Of a DNA stretch of 35,305 nucleotides, positions 16,230 to 26,044 are shown piece after piece. The stretch is taken from positions 1-35,305 of the forward strand of contig CAZKAL010000003.1 in NCBI GenBank assembly GCA_964550995.1, read 5' to 3'. Position numbers and translations under genes: made by a program. This DNA comes from an uncultured Candidatus Saccharibacteria bacterium. GTDB taxonomy: Bacteria; Patescibacteriota; Saccharimonadia; Saccharimonadales; SZUA-47. Below the pieces are notes generated by a model, which ran no database searches, had not been told where the DNA came from, and was given only the letters and a program-made list of their open reading frames with translations. Each line of letters opens with the position of its first letter. Positions within the stretch are counted from its first letter, which is position 1.

Positions 16230-16985
16230 ATGGGGGCTAGACGTACTATCGAAGTAGGACATACGGGTATTGACTATGGACTAACTCGTGAAGAGTTAGA
16301 AGATTTAGAATATGATAGTTTTAATAGACACGAACCACAGGCCAGAATTTCAAGGGAAATAAATCTTGCTGATACTGAGCATAGACATGCGTGGCAGGAC
16401 TTCATGAGTAGTTTTGGTCAAAAAAATGTCGATCAATTTAAGACACGTGGAGTAGGTGAAATGATGGTAGTATATGCCGGAAAAGAAGAGCTGACCGCTA
16501 TGCTGAGAGATAAATACCCATGCATATCAGACGCAAGGCTTATAAAGAAGATGTATAGAATCTCAAGAGACTTCGCTCATTTCGTAGATGACGGGGAAAG
16601 GGCCACAATTGATAAGAGGTATGATGAGGTAGAAGTACCACACCCTGACCAGTATCGCCACTGGACTTCAAATATTTTCGCTGTAGATAGAGTTTTGGCT
16701 CCCCCTCCAGGAAGTAAAACGAAATTGGCATTGAGTTTTTTGGGCGAGTCTGAAGAGATACTTAGAGACGAGGCTAGGGCAGTAAAAGATTTTTTCAAAG
16801 GTGAAGGTTTTAATCCTCGACATTTACAGCGCGAGGATCTGCACGTAACAATTGGAACGCTATATCTCCAGCTCGGATCAAGAGAGATTAAACCAGCAAA
16901 AGAACCCATGCCTGGAGTCATTGGTCTTAAGCCTCCTAAAATGAGGGTAATTGAAAACAAACCTGTCACAATATGGCCAGAATAG
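16230..16985 (+). CDS. Hypothetical protein (two H-x-T-x motifs; weak 2H-phosphoesterase-like C-terminal half)
   Basis: Start set at ATG 16230, 5 nt after a strong AAGAGGAG Shine-Dalgarno sequence (16218-16225). Motifs RHWTSN and LHVTIG lie ~60 residues apart. No other domain recognised. Confidence 0.65.
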   Translation: MGARRTIEVGHTGIDYGLTREELEDLEYDSFNRHEPQARISREINLADTEHRHAWQDFMSSFGQKNVDQFKTRGVGEMMVVYAGKEELTAMLRDKYPCISDARLIKKMYRISRDFAHFVDDGERATIDKRYDEVEVPHPDQYRHWTSNIFAVDRVLAPPPGSKTKLALSFLGESEEILRDEARAVKDFFKGEGFNPRHLQREDLHVTIGTLYLQLGSREIKPAKEPMPGVIGLKPPKMRVIENKPVTIWPE

Positions 16986-17027
16986 CATAAGCTATTTGAT
17001 ATATATGACTAATTATCAATATTAGTT

Positions 17028-17036
17028 TGTTATAAT
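17028..17036 (+). promoter_or_regulatory. Extended -10 (TGTTATAAT)
   Basis: Perfect TGnTATAAT, 11 nt upstream of ATG 17048. Confidence 0.5.
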
Positions 17037-17047
17037 GTCAATACAGT

Positions 17048-17785
17048 ATGAGTAAATTAGACGGACAGAGAAGAATTGAAGATTTTGAAGTACTTTCTGT
17101 GTACCGCAGAATTGAGGGTGGAGCTGAGAAATTTGTTGATTTAGCTAGAGGCCTAGAACTAAATATGCTACAACCGGAAACGACAGGCCTTATAGAAGTG
17201 CAGGGTGAGTCTAATCTCGTCCGTACTGTACGTCCGTACTGTGACTTTACTGGAGCTAGAGATCTAAAACTGGACATGTACTCAAGACGTGATGTACCTG
17301 AGTCGAGGTCTGAAGCAAAATTTAGAACGCTAAGGAGACGATTAAAAAAAGGCGAGAGTCAACACGCAAAGAATAAAGGCAGAGGGCCTGAGCGAGATTT
17401 GGTCACTCCGTTAACAGATCAACTTGATTACATACAAAAAATCGAGTTTGGCATAGAGGACGGGGAGGTTGAACTAGATATTGTAGCTATATCGTTCCGG
17501 ACATCACCAGACGTTAATAATGGGAAATATGAACTAACAATGATACCTAATATTGCATCTAAAGTAGGGCGTATGCTCCTTAAACAACAGGCTCATATAC
17601 ACAAACGTGTCCGCGAGAGCTCAAGACAAATTGCCTACCCATCAAGCTCAAGTGGGATTGAGATACCATTCGTAAATGTTAGGACTATTCCAGAAGACCT
17701 GGTTAATGGCGAGAGGAAGTTTCATGAAAATCTTAGGAAGATGCTGCCACTAACAGTAAGTCTTGGTGATACGCAAATTGAGTAG
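17048..17785 (+). CDS. Hypothetical protein, no recognisable domain
   Basis: 245-aa ORF with protein-like composition and a central basic patch (RTLRRRLKKGESQHAKNKGRG). It has its own promoter-like element. Confidence 0.62.
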   Translation: MSKLDGQRRIEDFEVLSVYRRIEGGAEKFVDLARGLELNMLQPETTGLIEVQGESNLVRTVRPYCDFTGARDLKLDMYSRRDVPESRSEAKFRTLRRRLKKGESQHAKNKGRGPERDLVTPLTDQLDYIQKIEFGIEDGEVELDIVAISFRTSPDVNNGKYELTMIPNIASKVGRMLLKQQAHIHKRVRESSRQIAYPSSSSGIEIPFVNVRTIPEDLVNGERKFHENLRKMLPLTVSLGDTQIE

Positions 17786-17838
17786 GGTCTAATTTCATAT
17801 TTTTAAGGAGTACTCAAAAAGGTGTATAATAGTACGTC

Positions 17839-20649
17839 ATGTCTGAGTCAATAGTAGTAAAAGGTGCCAGGGAGCATAACCTAAAGAATATTGATATTAC
17901 TATTCCTCGCCACAGCTTAACGGTAATTACGGGTTTAAGTGGATCTGGCAAATCGTCTCTTGCATTTGACACAATCTATGCAGAAGGCCAAAGGCGCTAC
18001 GTCGAGAGTTTAAGTGCTTATGCACGTCAATTTTTAGGTTTAATGGAAAAGCCTGATGTAGATCAAATCGACGGGCTAAGTCCTGCAATATCTATCGACC
18101 AGAAATCAACAAGTCGAAATCCACGTAGTACAGTGGCCACAGTCACTGAAATATACGACTATTTGCGTTTGCTTTACGCTCGCATAGGAACGGCGCATGG
18201 TCCAGACGGCGAGCCGATACATACAATGACAATTCAAGATATTTCTGGAGGTGTCGCCAACTTACCAAAGAAGCACAAGCTAATGATTTTGGCTCCTGTA
18301 GTTATTGATAAAAAGGGCGAACATGCACATATCCCAGAATTGTATATACGGCAGGGTTATGCCCGCGCTAGAGTTGACGGGGTTGTTTATTCGCTTCAAG
18401 AGTTCCCAACTCTTGATAAAAAATACAAACATAATATACAAATTGTAGTTGATCGTGTTGTAAATAACGAAGAACAGTCCAGTCGAATCTTTCAGGCTGT
18501 TGAGGATGGCTTACAACTAGCCGAAGGGCAACTGCTAGTTATTGATGTGGACAATAATGACGCTGAACACCCTTTCTCACAACGTTACTACAATCCAGAG
18601 TTTCCAGACTTTATAGCTCCTGAAATGGAACCAAGGACATTTAGCTTTAACAGTCCGCATGGAGCTTGCCTAGTGTGTACAGGTTTAGGAAATCGAAAAG
18701 TAGTTGACCCAGAATTGGTCTTACCGAACGGCAATTTGACTATCGCTGAGGGGGCAATTCGGCCTTACAATCGTATGACCCCAGATGCCTGGAACATGAA
18801 AAAAATGGCTGCTGTGGCTGATCGTTATGACTTTTCAATACATGTCAAAACATCTGATTTGACTGAGTCTCAGTTAGAAAAAATTCTATACGGTACGGGT
18901 GATGAAAAATACTCAGTAGCTCTTGGCAATGGACGACATTTTGATACAACATACGAGGGTGTAATTCCTAACCTTGAACGTCGCCATAAAGAAACTGACA
19001 GCGAATTTATGCGCCGAGAGATAGAACGATTTATGATAGAAAAACCTTGTCATGCTTGCAAAGGTAAAAGATTGAAACCAGAAGTTTTAGCGGTAACTGT
19101 AGCCAACCAGTCGATTGTAGATATTTGTGAGTTGAGCGTAGAAGATGCTGTTAAATTTTTTGTGAAAATTAAGTTTAGTGAAAGAGAAATGAAAATTGCT
19201 AAGCAAATCATTAAAGAAATCAATGAACGATTGGCCTTTTTGAATGAAGTGGGCTTAGGATATTTGACACTATTTCGTAGCGCAAATACATTGAGCGGAG
19301 GAGAGGCTCAGCGAATACGGCTTGCCACTCAGATAGGCTCAGGTCTTCAAGGAGTTTTATACGTACTAGACGAACCTTCAATTGGTCTACATCAAAGAGA
19401 CAATGGTCGATTGATAAATACACTCAAAAAATTAAGAGACATAGGTAATACAGTTATTGTGGTTGAACATGACGAAGAAACAATCCGTACAGCAGACTTT
19501 CTAGTAGACATTGGTCCTGGGGCAGGCGTTCATGGAGGGCATGTTGTAGCGAAGGGTACGCCTTCTCAGGTTGCAAAAAATAAAAAGAGCATTACCGGCC
19601 AGTATTTACGAGGAGAGCTGACAATTGATACGCCAAAAGTACGTAGGAAGGGCAACGGTAACTCCATTATAATTCGTGGAGCACGGGAACATAACTTGAA
19701 GAATATTGACGTCGAGATTCCTCTCGGGAAAATGATTGTCGTTAGTGGAGTATCAGGTAGCGGTAAGAGTACATTAATAAATGACATTGTCGCAAAAGAA
19801 CTACAGGTCAGATTGAATAGAGCCCATAAAGCGGTTGGTCGACATGATGATTTGGAAGGAATAGAAAACCTAGATAAAGTTATTATGATCGACCAGTCGC
19901 CCATCGGACGTACACCGCGGAGTAATCCAGCAACTTATGTTGGACTATTTACAGCTGTTAGAGATCTTTTTTCTAACACACCAGAGGCAAAAATCCGTGG
20001 TTATAAACCTGGGCGTTTTAGCTTCAATGTTAAAGGTGGCCGTTGCGAAAACTGTCAGGGCGATGGCATGATAAAGATTGAAATGCACTTTCTACCAGAC
20101 GTTTACGTGGAGTGTGAAGTATGTAAGGGCAAAAGATATAACAGCGAAGCATTAGAAATTCACTATAAAGGCAAAACCATATCTGACATATTAAATATGA
20201 CTTGCGAGCAAGGGTTAGAATTTTTTGAGAATGTTCCATCTATTGCTAGAAAACTTGAAACATTAGTACAAGTTGGACTCGGGTATATGCATCTCGGACA
20301 ATCAGCAACAACATTAAGCGGTGGTGAAGCTCAACGAGTTAAGTTAGCAACAGAATTATCAAAAAGAGCAACTGGTAGAACTTTGTATGTGCTAGATGAA
20401 CCGACGACTGGACTACATATGGACGACGTAAAAAGGCTAATGGAAGTTTTGCATGCTCTAGTAGACACCGGAAATAGCATGATTATAATTGAGCATAATT
20501 TGGACGTTATAAAATCTGCCGATCACATAATAGATATGGGTCCAGAGGGTGGTAATGGTGGTGGCACAATAGTCGCTGAGGGTACTCCAGAGATGATAGC
20601 TAAAAATAAGATGTCCTACACCGGAAAATACTTGTCAACAGCTTTATAA
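17839..20649 (+). CDS. uvrA: Excinuclease ABC subunit A
   Basis: Two ABC modules (GLSGSGKSS and GVSGSGKST; LSGGEAQR twice) and zinc-finger CxxC pairs; 936 aa. TATAAT at 17825-17830 lies 8 nt upstream. Confidence 0.97.
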   Translation: MSESIVVKGAREHNLKNIDITIPRHSLTVITGLSGSGKSSLAFDTIYAEGQRRYVESLSAYARQFLGLMEKPDVDQIDGLSPAISIDQKSTSRNPRSTVATVTEIYDYLRLLYARIGTAHGPDGEPIHTMTIQDISGGVANLPKKHKLMILAPVVIDKKGEHAHIPELYIRQGYARARVDGVVYSLQEFPTLDKKYKHNIQIVVDRVVNNEEQSSRIFQAVEDGLQLAEGQLLVIDVDNNDAEHPFSQRYYNPEFPDFIAPEMEPRTFSFNSPHGACLVCTGLGNRKVVDPELVLPNGNLTIAEGAIRPYNRMTPDAWNMKKMAAVADRYDFSIHVKTSDLTESQLEKILYGTGDEKYSVALGNGRHFDTTYEGVIPNLERRHKETDSEFMRREIERFMIEKPCHACKGKRLKPEVLAVTVANQSIVDICELSVEDAVKFFVKIKFSEREMKIAKQIIKEINERLAFLNEVGLGYLTLFRSANTLSGGEAQRIRLATQIGSGLQGVLYVLDEPSIGLHQRDNGRLINTLKKLRDIGNTVIVVEHDEETIRTADFLVDIGPGAGVHGGHVVAKGTPSQVAKNKKSITGQYLRGELTIDTPKVRRKGNGNSIIIRGAREHNLKNIDVEIPLGKMIVVSGVSGSGKSTLINDIVAKELQVRLNRAHKAVGRHDDLEGIENLDKVIMIDQSPIGRTPRSNPATYVGLFTAVRDLFSNTPEAKIRGYKPGRFSFNVKGGRCENCQGDGMIKIEMHFLPDVYVECEVCKGKRYNSEALEIHYKGKTISDILNMTCEQGLEFFENVPSIARKLETLVQVGLGYMHLGQSATTLSGGEAQRVKLATELSKRATGRTLYVLDEPTTGLHMDDVKRLMEVLHALVDTGNSMIIIEHNLDVIKSADHIIDMGPEGGNGGGTIVAEGTPEMIAKNKMSYTGKYLSTAL

Positions 20650-20654
20650 ATACT

Positions 20655-21311
20655 CTAGTTTTTTTTATTGAGTTTTAAATAGCTTATATAATCTTTTATC
20701 TTTAGTTTTAATTTTCTTCTGGACTTGGAGTCTCTAAGAATGTGTATTAGTGGTGGGCTAAACGTAAAAATTGTTGCTGCTAATACGGTGGGCAATAAGT
20801 AACTGTCAATATTTGGAATTCTAGTTCCTGCAAAAAAGCCCAGTAAAATAACACTAATTCCCCATATTAAAGCACCCGCAATATTAAACATAAAAAACCG
20901 TTTTCTGTCCATTTTAGCCACGCCAGCAACTACAGGCGCGAAGGTTCGAATAATTGGCAAAAATCTAGCTAGAGTTATAGTTTTTCCTCCGTGAGATTCA
21001 TAAAAATTTTCTGCACGGTTAATATATTCTGCACGGAATAATATACCGTCTTTTTTCTTGAATATTCTGTGACCAGTACGTCTGCCAATACTATATCCAA
21101 CATTGTCGCCTGATACTGCTGCGATAACTGTTACAATCATTAACCACACAATAGAAATTTTTCCTTGAGCCGCGAATACACCTGCGGTCAGTAAAAGGGT
21201 ATCACCAGGGAGAAAAAATCCGACAAGCAATCCTGATTCGGCAAACACAAATAATCCTACTATTAACAATCCACCACTTTGTAGAATTGTTGCAGGGTCT
21301 AAAAAATCCAT
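20655..21311 (-). CDS. dedA: DedA/VTT-family membrane protein
   Basis: GFFLPGDTLLLTAGVFAAQG and the ARFLPIIRTF motif; multi-TM, 218 aa. Confidence 0.85.
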   Translation of the reverse strand: MDFLDPATILQSGGLLIVGLFVFAESGLLVGFFLPGDTLLLTAGVFAAQGKISIVWLMIVTVIAAVSGDNVGYSIGRRTGHRIFKKKDGILFRAEYINRAENFYESHGGKTITLARFLPIIRTFAPVVAGVAKMDRKRFFMFNIAGALIWGISVILLGFFAGTRIPNIDSYLLPTVLAATIFTFSPPLIHILRDSKSRRKLKLKIKDYISYLKLNKKN

Positions 21312-21318
21312 AAGTCTA

Positions 21319-21327
21319 ATTGTAACA
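21319..21327 (-). promoter_or_regulatory. Extended -10 (TGTTACAAT) for dedA; leaderless configuration
   Basis: The minus strand reads TGTTACAAT. The hexamer ends 7 nt before ATG 21311. Confidence 0.5.
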
Positions 21328-21360
21328 CTAACAAAACTACTATTTATTTTATTCCTTATC

Positions 21361-21369
21361 TGTTATAAT
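21361..21369 (+). promoter_or_regulatory. Extended -10 (TGTTATAAT) for rplY
   Basis: Perfect TGnTATAAT. It is followed by a ~30-nt leader containing AGAGGA (21397-21402) 4 nt before ATG 21407. Confidence 0.5.
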
Positions 21370-21406
21370 TATATTAACAATAGACAATAACGTTATAGAG
21401 GAATAT

Positions 21407-22090
21407 ATGAGTTCTGATAAGATTGTACTGAGTGCAGATAAAAGAGAAGTAAAAGGTAAAAAAGTCCGAGCCCTAAGAGAAGCAGGGTTGTTGCCGGCGA
21501 ACATGTATGAAAAAGGTAATGAATCAGTTGCTATTCAAATGCCATTCCGCGAAATGGTTAAAGTATGGCAAAATGCAGGGAAAAATCATCCAGTCGAATT
21601 GAGTGTTGACGGGAAAAAGCATCTCGCTATGATTAAAACCGTATCCTATGACCCAGTAAAAGCAACTTTAACTCACGTTTCTTTTCATGTGATTAATCAG
21701 AACGAAGCTGTTGAAGCTGAGGTACCAGTCAAGATTGAGGGTGATGTGCCAGCAGTACAACAAGGTAACTTCATAGTACGGCCGAATAAAGACGTTATTG
21801 TTAAGGCTCTACCAGCCAATTTACCAAGTGTGTTGATAGCACTAGCTGAAACATTGCTAGAGCCAGGCGATAGCTTGAAGGTCTCTGACTTAAATGTGCC
21901 TGAAAATGTTGAAGTGCTAACTGACGCTGACCTACCTATCGCAATAGTTGAAGAACCTCGTGCAGCCGAAGAACCAGAGGTTGAAGAAGAAGTCGATCCA
22001 GCTGATGTACCGAGTGACAATGGCGGTGAAGACGGCGATTCTAGTGAAGACGGCGAAAAATCACCAGGTTCTAAAGAAGAGAATTCTTAA
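21407..22090 (+). CDS. rplY: 50S ribosomal protein L25/Ctc form with acidic C-terminal tail
   Basis: The N-terminal pattern LSADKREVKGKKVRALREAGLLPANMY is typical of L25/Ctc. The C-terminus is E/D-rich. Confidence 0.9.
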   Translation: MSSDKIVLSADKREVKGKKVRALREAGLLPANMYEKGNESVAIQMPFREMVKVWQNAGKNHPVELSVDGKKHLAMIKTVSYDPVKATLTHVSFHVINQNEAVEAEVPVKIEGDVPAVQQGNFIVRPNKDVIVKALPANLPSVLIALAETLLEPGDSLKVSDLNVPENVEVLTDADLPIAIVEEPRAAEEPEVEEEVDPADVPSDNGGEDGDSSEDGEKSPGSKEENS

Positions 22091-23856
22091 TCCTTCAGAA
22101 ATCCGCCAGATTGATGCTTCCAAAGACGGGCGTAAAGCCCGTTTTTCTTTTTAACTAGTTCACTGTGTGAACCTTCTTCAACGATTTTACCCTTATCCAG
22201 CACAATGATACGATCCATCTTTTGAATTGTACTTAGGCGGTGCGCTATCACTATTGCAGTTTTATCCTTCATCAATTTCCACAGAGCATCTTGGATCAGT
22301 TGTTCGCTTTCTGAATCAAGGGCAGATGTCGCTTCATCTAGCAACAGTATAGGTGCTTTTTTTAACAATGCTCTAGCGATAGCAACACGCTGTTTTTGTC
22401 CTCCAGATAGTTTAATTCCGCGCTCACCGACTAATGTATTATTTCCATCCGGGAGATTAGCAATAAATTCATTGGCATGCGCGTTTAATGACGCTTCTTC
22501 TATTTCGTTTTTAGTAGCATCTAGTCTTCCATATGTTATATTTTCTTTCAATGATCTATGAAAAAGCAGGGGTTCTTGCGGTACGTAGCTTATAATATTT
22601 CGTAAATCTTCTTGTTTTAATTCTGCTATATTTTGACCATCTATAGTGATTTCACCATTTTGGATATCCATAAATCTCAATATAAGTTTAGTTATGGTAG
22701 TTTTTCCACCACCACTCGGCCCAACCAACCCAATTTTTTCTCCTTGTTTAATCTCTAGATTCAAATTATGAAATAATTCATTACTATCATGTGAAAAACT
22801 AACATTGTTAAAAACAATGGTACCTTTTTTAAATTCAAAGGTTTTAGGGTTTGCTATATCCTTAACAGTCGATTCTCTCATAAGGGTTAGTGTTGCTTCT
22901 TCAGCGTCGCCAAAAGCTCTATTTAGATTCCTCAGTGCTGATTGCGGAAAATCCCAAAGTCGTTGAGTTAGGTTTGAGGTATATGCCAATATTAGAAATA
23001 CTGTTCCTATATTTGCGTTATATACAACAACGCTAATAACTGCGATTACTAAAGAAATCGCAGAAATGACTGAAGTCGCAGCTCCAAAATATGTTTCTCT
23101 AAATAGCGATGACCACATTACTCTATCAAGAGAAAGTCTCGTTTTTTCAGTGATGTTATTGAATTTGGAGTTTTCGTACGTTGATGATGAAAAGCTTTTA
23201 ATTGCCATTATATTTGTCACCATATCAGCAATATAGCCAGTTTGTTTGTTCTGTTGATCAGCACTTTTTGAGGCAAGAACTCTAACTGGTTTTGTCAGAA
23301 TAAAAGAGGTGTATATATATGCAACAGAAAATAGAAGGAGTACAACTACAAAGAGTGGTGATCGGGGCCAAAGAATTATTGACGTAGCAATATACATAAT
23401 TAGCAAAGAGTATAAATTGAACCAAAATGTATCTGCGATACGAATGTAGGCATTTGTAAATTTATTAGTTCTTGATACCAATGACCCACCAAAAGAATTT
23501 GCATGAAAATCTGTGTCTAATTGTGCTAAGTGATAGAACATTGTCCTTGCTAGGTCACGCGTTGTATAGTTTTCTAATTTCCAAATAAGATATATAACAA
23601 TTCGCCACAATATACTACCTGAGACAACTACGAAAATGCCGTATATTATTAGCTGCATCCCGTAGGTAGACCATAAGGCACTCGTATCCGTAGAAGTTGT
23701 TGCCAGTTTATCAAGTATATCAGCAGCTATTATAGGAGGAATAATTTGATGCATAATTATAACTATCGGCATGCCAAAAGCTAGCCCAAAAATGTATTTT
23801 TTATAATTTCTAATGTGTTGCCAATAAATTCGCAACGTTTGAGTAGTTGTACTCAT
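22087..23856 (-). CDS. ABC exporter, fused permease-ATPase (MsbA/MdlB-like)
   Basis: N-terminal 6-TM domain, Walker A GPSGGGKTT, signature LSGGQKQRVAIARA, and Walker B ILLLDEATSALD. Confidence 0.9.
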   Translation of the reverse strand: MSTTTQTLRIYWQHIRNYKKYIFGLAFGMPIVIIMHQIIPPIIAADILDKLATTSTDTSALWSTYGMQLIIYGIFVVVSGSILWRIVIYLIWKLENYTTRDLARTMFYHLAQLDTDFHANSFGGSLVSRTNKFTNAYIRIADTFWFNLYSLLIMYIATSIILWPRSPLFVVVLLLFSVAYIYTSFILTKPVRVLASKSADQQNKQTGYIADMVTNIMAIKSFSSSTYENSKFNNITEKTRLSLDRVMWSSLFRETYFGAATSVISAISLVIAVISVVVYNANIGTVFLILAYTSNLTQRLWDFPQSALRNLNRAFGDAEEATLTLMRESTVKDIANPKTFEFKKGTIVFNNVSFSHDSNELFHNLNLEIKQGEKIGLVGPSGGGKTTITKLILRFMDIQNGEITIDGQNIAELKQEDLRNIISYVPQEPLLFHRSLKENITYGRLDATKNEIEEASLNAHANEFIANLPDGNNTLVGERGIKLSGGQKQRVAIARALLKKAPILLLDEATSALDSESEQLIQDALWKLMKDKTAIVIAHRLSTIQKMDRIIVLDKGKIVEEGSHSELVKKKNGLYARLWKHQSGGFLKD

Positions 23857-24032
23857 ATTATCCTCGGTTTGATTATATTTTTGTAATTCTTTAAGAGACT
23901 AATAGCACGAAGGCATATTTGTCTTGTCAGTGTTCATATTTACCATTCTTGATGCCTCCATTACTTAATATTGCTAATTACTCTACACGCATATCAGTTT
24001 TGAGTCAAGAAAGTGTTAATTCTTAAGAACAA

Positions 24033-24041
24033 TGCTATGAT
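24033..24041 (+). promoter_or_regulatory. Extended -10 (TGCTATGAT) for the 647-aa membrane protein gene
   Basis: TGnTATGAT lies 33 nt upstream of ATG 24075, with a purine-rich leader. Confidence 0.4.
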
Positions 24042-24074
24042 ATTGCTTAAGAAGAAGTCAAGGTTTAGCTTACT

Positions 24075-26018
24075 ATGGAAAACATACCATTTTCATCACC
24101 AGACGAAGAAGACAAAAAGCCTTCTAGTATTTTTGAGTTTTTTAACGATGATGATGACGATGATGAAAAAGATCCAAAGTCTAAAAATAGTAAAAAAACC
24201 AGTAAGACAAAAAGAAATGTTTTTTTTGGTAAGGAAACAACAGAAGAGTCTACAGAAAATTATGAAAAAAAACCGTCAATTTTTGGAGATGCCGAGAAAG
24301 GTATATTTTCAGGAGTTATTAAATCATCAGAAAAACCATCTGAAGAAGACAAAAGTGAAAAATCAGACCATGAAGTTGAAGGTGATGATCAGGTTGAAGA
24401 AAAGAGTGAAGAATTTAGAGAATCAATTCAGGATGATTCAGAGAATATTACAAATGAGTTTGCTGAAATAGTTGACACTAAACATAGCGACGCAGTAAAT
24501 AAGTTAGAAAACTCACCTGATGAAGATAATGAGACTAATGTTGCCGATACAACATTTCTTAGCTCTGTAGGAAGTAAAATAGTCGAAGGAATTCAGCCGG
24601 AGAACGCAATTGATGAGGCCCGACAAGAATCAATTAAGGCTGTTGAAGCACAGGATTCAAATAATGAAGATGTAGTTGCTGATCTTGAAACTCCAGACTC
24701 TATAGAAGAGCAACAAGTAGTTGACGTATATGCGCCACAGCCTGAAGAAGATGATGAAGCTATAGATCCTCAAACACAAACTACATCTAGGGCTGCGTCC
24801 AGGCAAACCACTACACCTCAACCACAGCCTGTTATTCCTACTCCTACCCATAACAATATAGCACCACCAACTCTAACACCGATTAATAATATACCTGGTT
24901 ATCCTGGCAATATAGCGCCACAACCAACACCGAATCAAAATCGTTCTAATTTTAATGTACAACGAAATCAAAATTTGTCTCCAGATGATCCTGAAGTACG
25001 CCGGATGAATAGCCTCTACTATCGTGATGGTAGGCGGGGAGGTTTACTTTTGGGGGGAGCGTTAGGGTATTTGTTTGGGAGAAGAAGAGGACGCATAAAA
25101 ACAGAAAAAAAACTAGAGCCTGTTATTAACAAGAAAGAAACAGAGATCGGTAAACTAAAAAAAGATCTAGAAAGTAGTGAACAGGAAGTCCGAAAAGTAG
25201 CGTCAGAGCATCTGCCAAATTCACCAGAAGCAGTGAATGTAGTACCTGCCCATACCTTAGAACAAAGACGTCAAGAACAACATGATCGAGAGGAAAAATT
25301 CGCAGAATTACTATCTGACGAGGCAATTATTACAAAAGCAAAGTCCACTCCAGATAGAATAGTCGACCAAATGCCTACTCAAGAGCATACAGCTGAAAAA
25401 GCAGGTGATATCAAGACTGAAGTAACCGCTATTGCCAGGGATGCTGAGAAGAATCTTAATAAACAAACTTCCCGCGAAAAAGTGGCAGAAATCGCATCCA
25501 TGACTGTACCGGAGCTACTTGTTATTGCTGATAAAATTCAAGTAGAATCGACGTCGTTAAGAAGAATATATGAAAATCGTAGGATTGACGCCGTAAACTT
25601 ACGTCATGTGGTCAAAGAATATGTTTCAGGAGGCAATTACGAAAAGACTCTTCGGCAATCGATAGCGTCGGTAGAGCTCCAACAGGAACTAAAAAACGAA
25701 GTAAAATCATACGATCGCGAAAATGCTGAAATATCAAAAGATTCAACCCAAGATAGATTAAAAAACAAGGTGTTTGAAGATTCAACAGCTCCAGTTGGGG
25801 TGAATTTGCCAATTCAAAATGACAAGGCGGAAAACTCTGGACAACAACCAACAATTATACATCCGCAATCTCAGCCGCAACAGGCTTTAAAACAAGGTGC
25901 CTCTGAAGACAACAATAATAGCGACTCATCCGTTTCGATTAGTGTGGCAATTATCGCTGGGATAGCAGTGGGCATTGTACTAATGGCAGCTATTTTATTC
26001 TACAACAGTGGTGGATAA
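24075..26018 (+). CDS. Large low-complexity membrane protein (acidic N-terminus, Pro/Gln-rich region, two TM segments, coiled-coil-like middle)
   Basis: D/E/K-rich first ~230 aa followed by a P/Q/T-rich tract. TM1 is GGLLLGGALGYLFG followed by RRRGR. The charged helical middle precedes the C-terminal TM ISVAIIAGIAVGIVLMAAILFY. Confidence 0.7.
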   Translation: MENIPFSSPDEEDKKPSSIFEFFNDDDDDDEKDPKSKNSKKTSKTKRNVFFGKETTEESTENYEKKPSIFGDAEKGIFSGVIKSSEKPSEEDKSEKSDHEVEGDDQVEEKSEEFRESIQDDSENITNEFAEIVDTKHSDAVNKLENSPDEDNETNVADTTFLSSVGSKIVEGIQPENAIDEARQESIKAVEAQDSNNEDVVADLETPDSIEEQQVVDVYAPQPEEDDEAIDPQTQTTSRAASRQTTTPQPQPVIPTPTHNNIAPPTLTPINNIPGYPGNIAPQPTPNQNRSNFNVQRNQNLSPDDPEVRRMNSLYYRDGRRGGLLLGGALGYLFGRRRGRIKTEKKLEPVINKKETEIGKLKKDLESSEQEVRKVASEHLPNSPEAVNVVPAHTLEQRRQEQHDREEKFAELLSDEAIITKAKSTPDRIVDQMPTQEHTAEKAGDIKTEVTAIARDAEKNLNKQTSREKVAEIASMTVPELLVIADKIQVESTSLRRIYENRRIDAVNLRHVVKEYVSGGNYEKTLRQSIASVELQQELKNEVKSYDRENAEISKDSTQDRLKNKVFEDSTAPVGVNLPIQNDKAENSGQQPTIIHPQSQPQQALKQGASEDNNNSDSSVSISVAIIAGIAVGIVLMAAILFYNSGG

Positions 26019-26027
26019 ACAAAAATC

Positions 26028-26036
26028 TGGTATAAT
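26028..26036 (+). promoter_or_regulatory. Extended -10 (TGGTATAAT) for trhO; leaderless configuration
   Basis: The hexamer ends 8 nt before ATG 26045. Confidence 0.5.
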
Positions 26037-26044
26037 CAACGCTG

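Noticed and set aside
17805-17810. AAGGAG upstream of uvrA as its ribosome-binding site
   Set aside because: It lies 28 nt before ATG 17839. The nearer GTG at 17822 is out of frame. uvrA instead has TATAAT 8 nt upstream.
23931-24026. 24-codon ORF (MPPLLNIANYSTRISVLSQESVNS) with TGTTCATAT 12 nt upstream in the divergent control region
   Set aside because: It is short, with no conservation evidence available and weak promoter geometry. It cannot be supported from sequence alone.
24013-24471. 152-aa Lys-rich ORF overlapping the start of the 647-aa gene in another frame
   Set aside because: It is an artefact of the GAA/AAG/GAT-rich acidic coding region. The K/M/Q low-complexity translation is not protein-like, and the promoter geometry favours ATG 24075.
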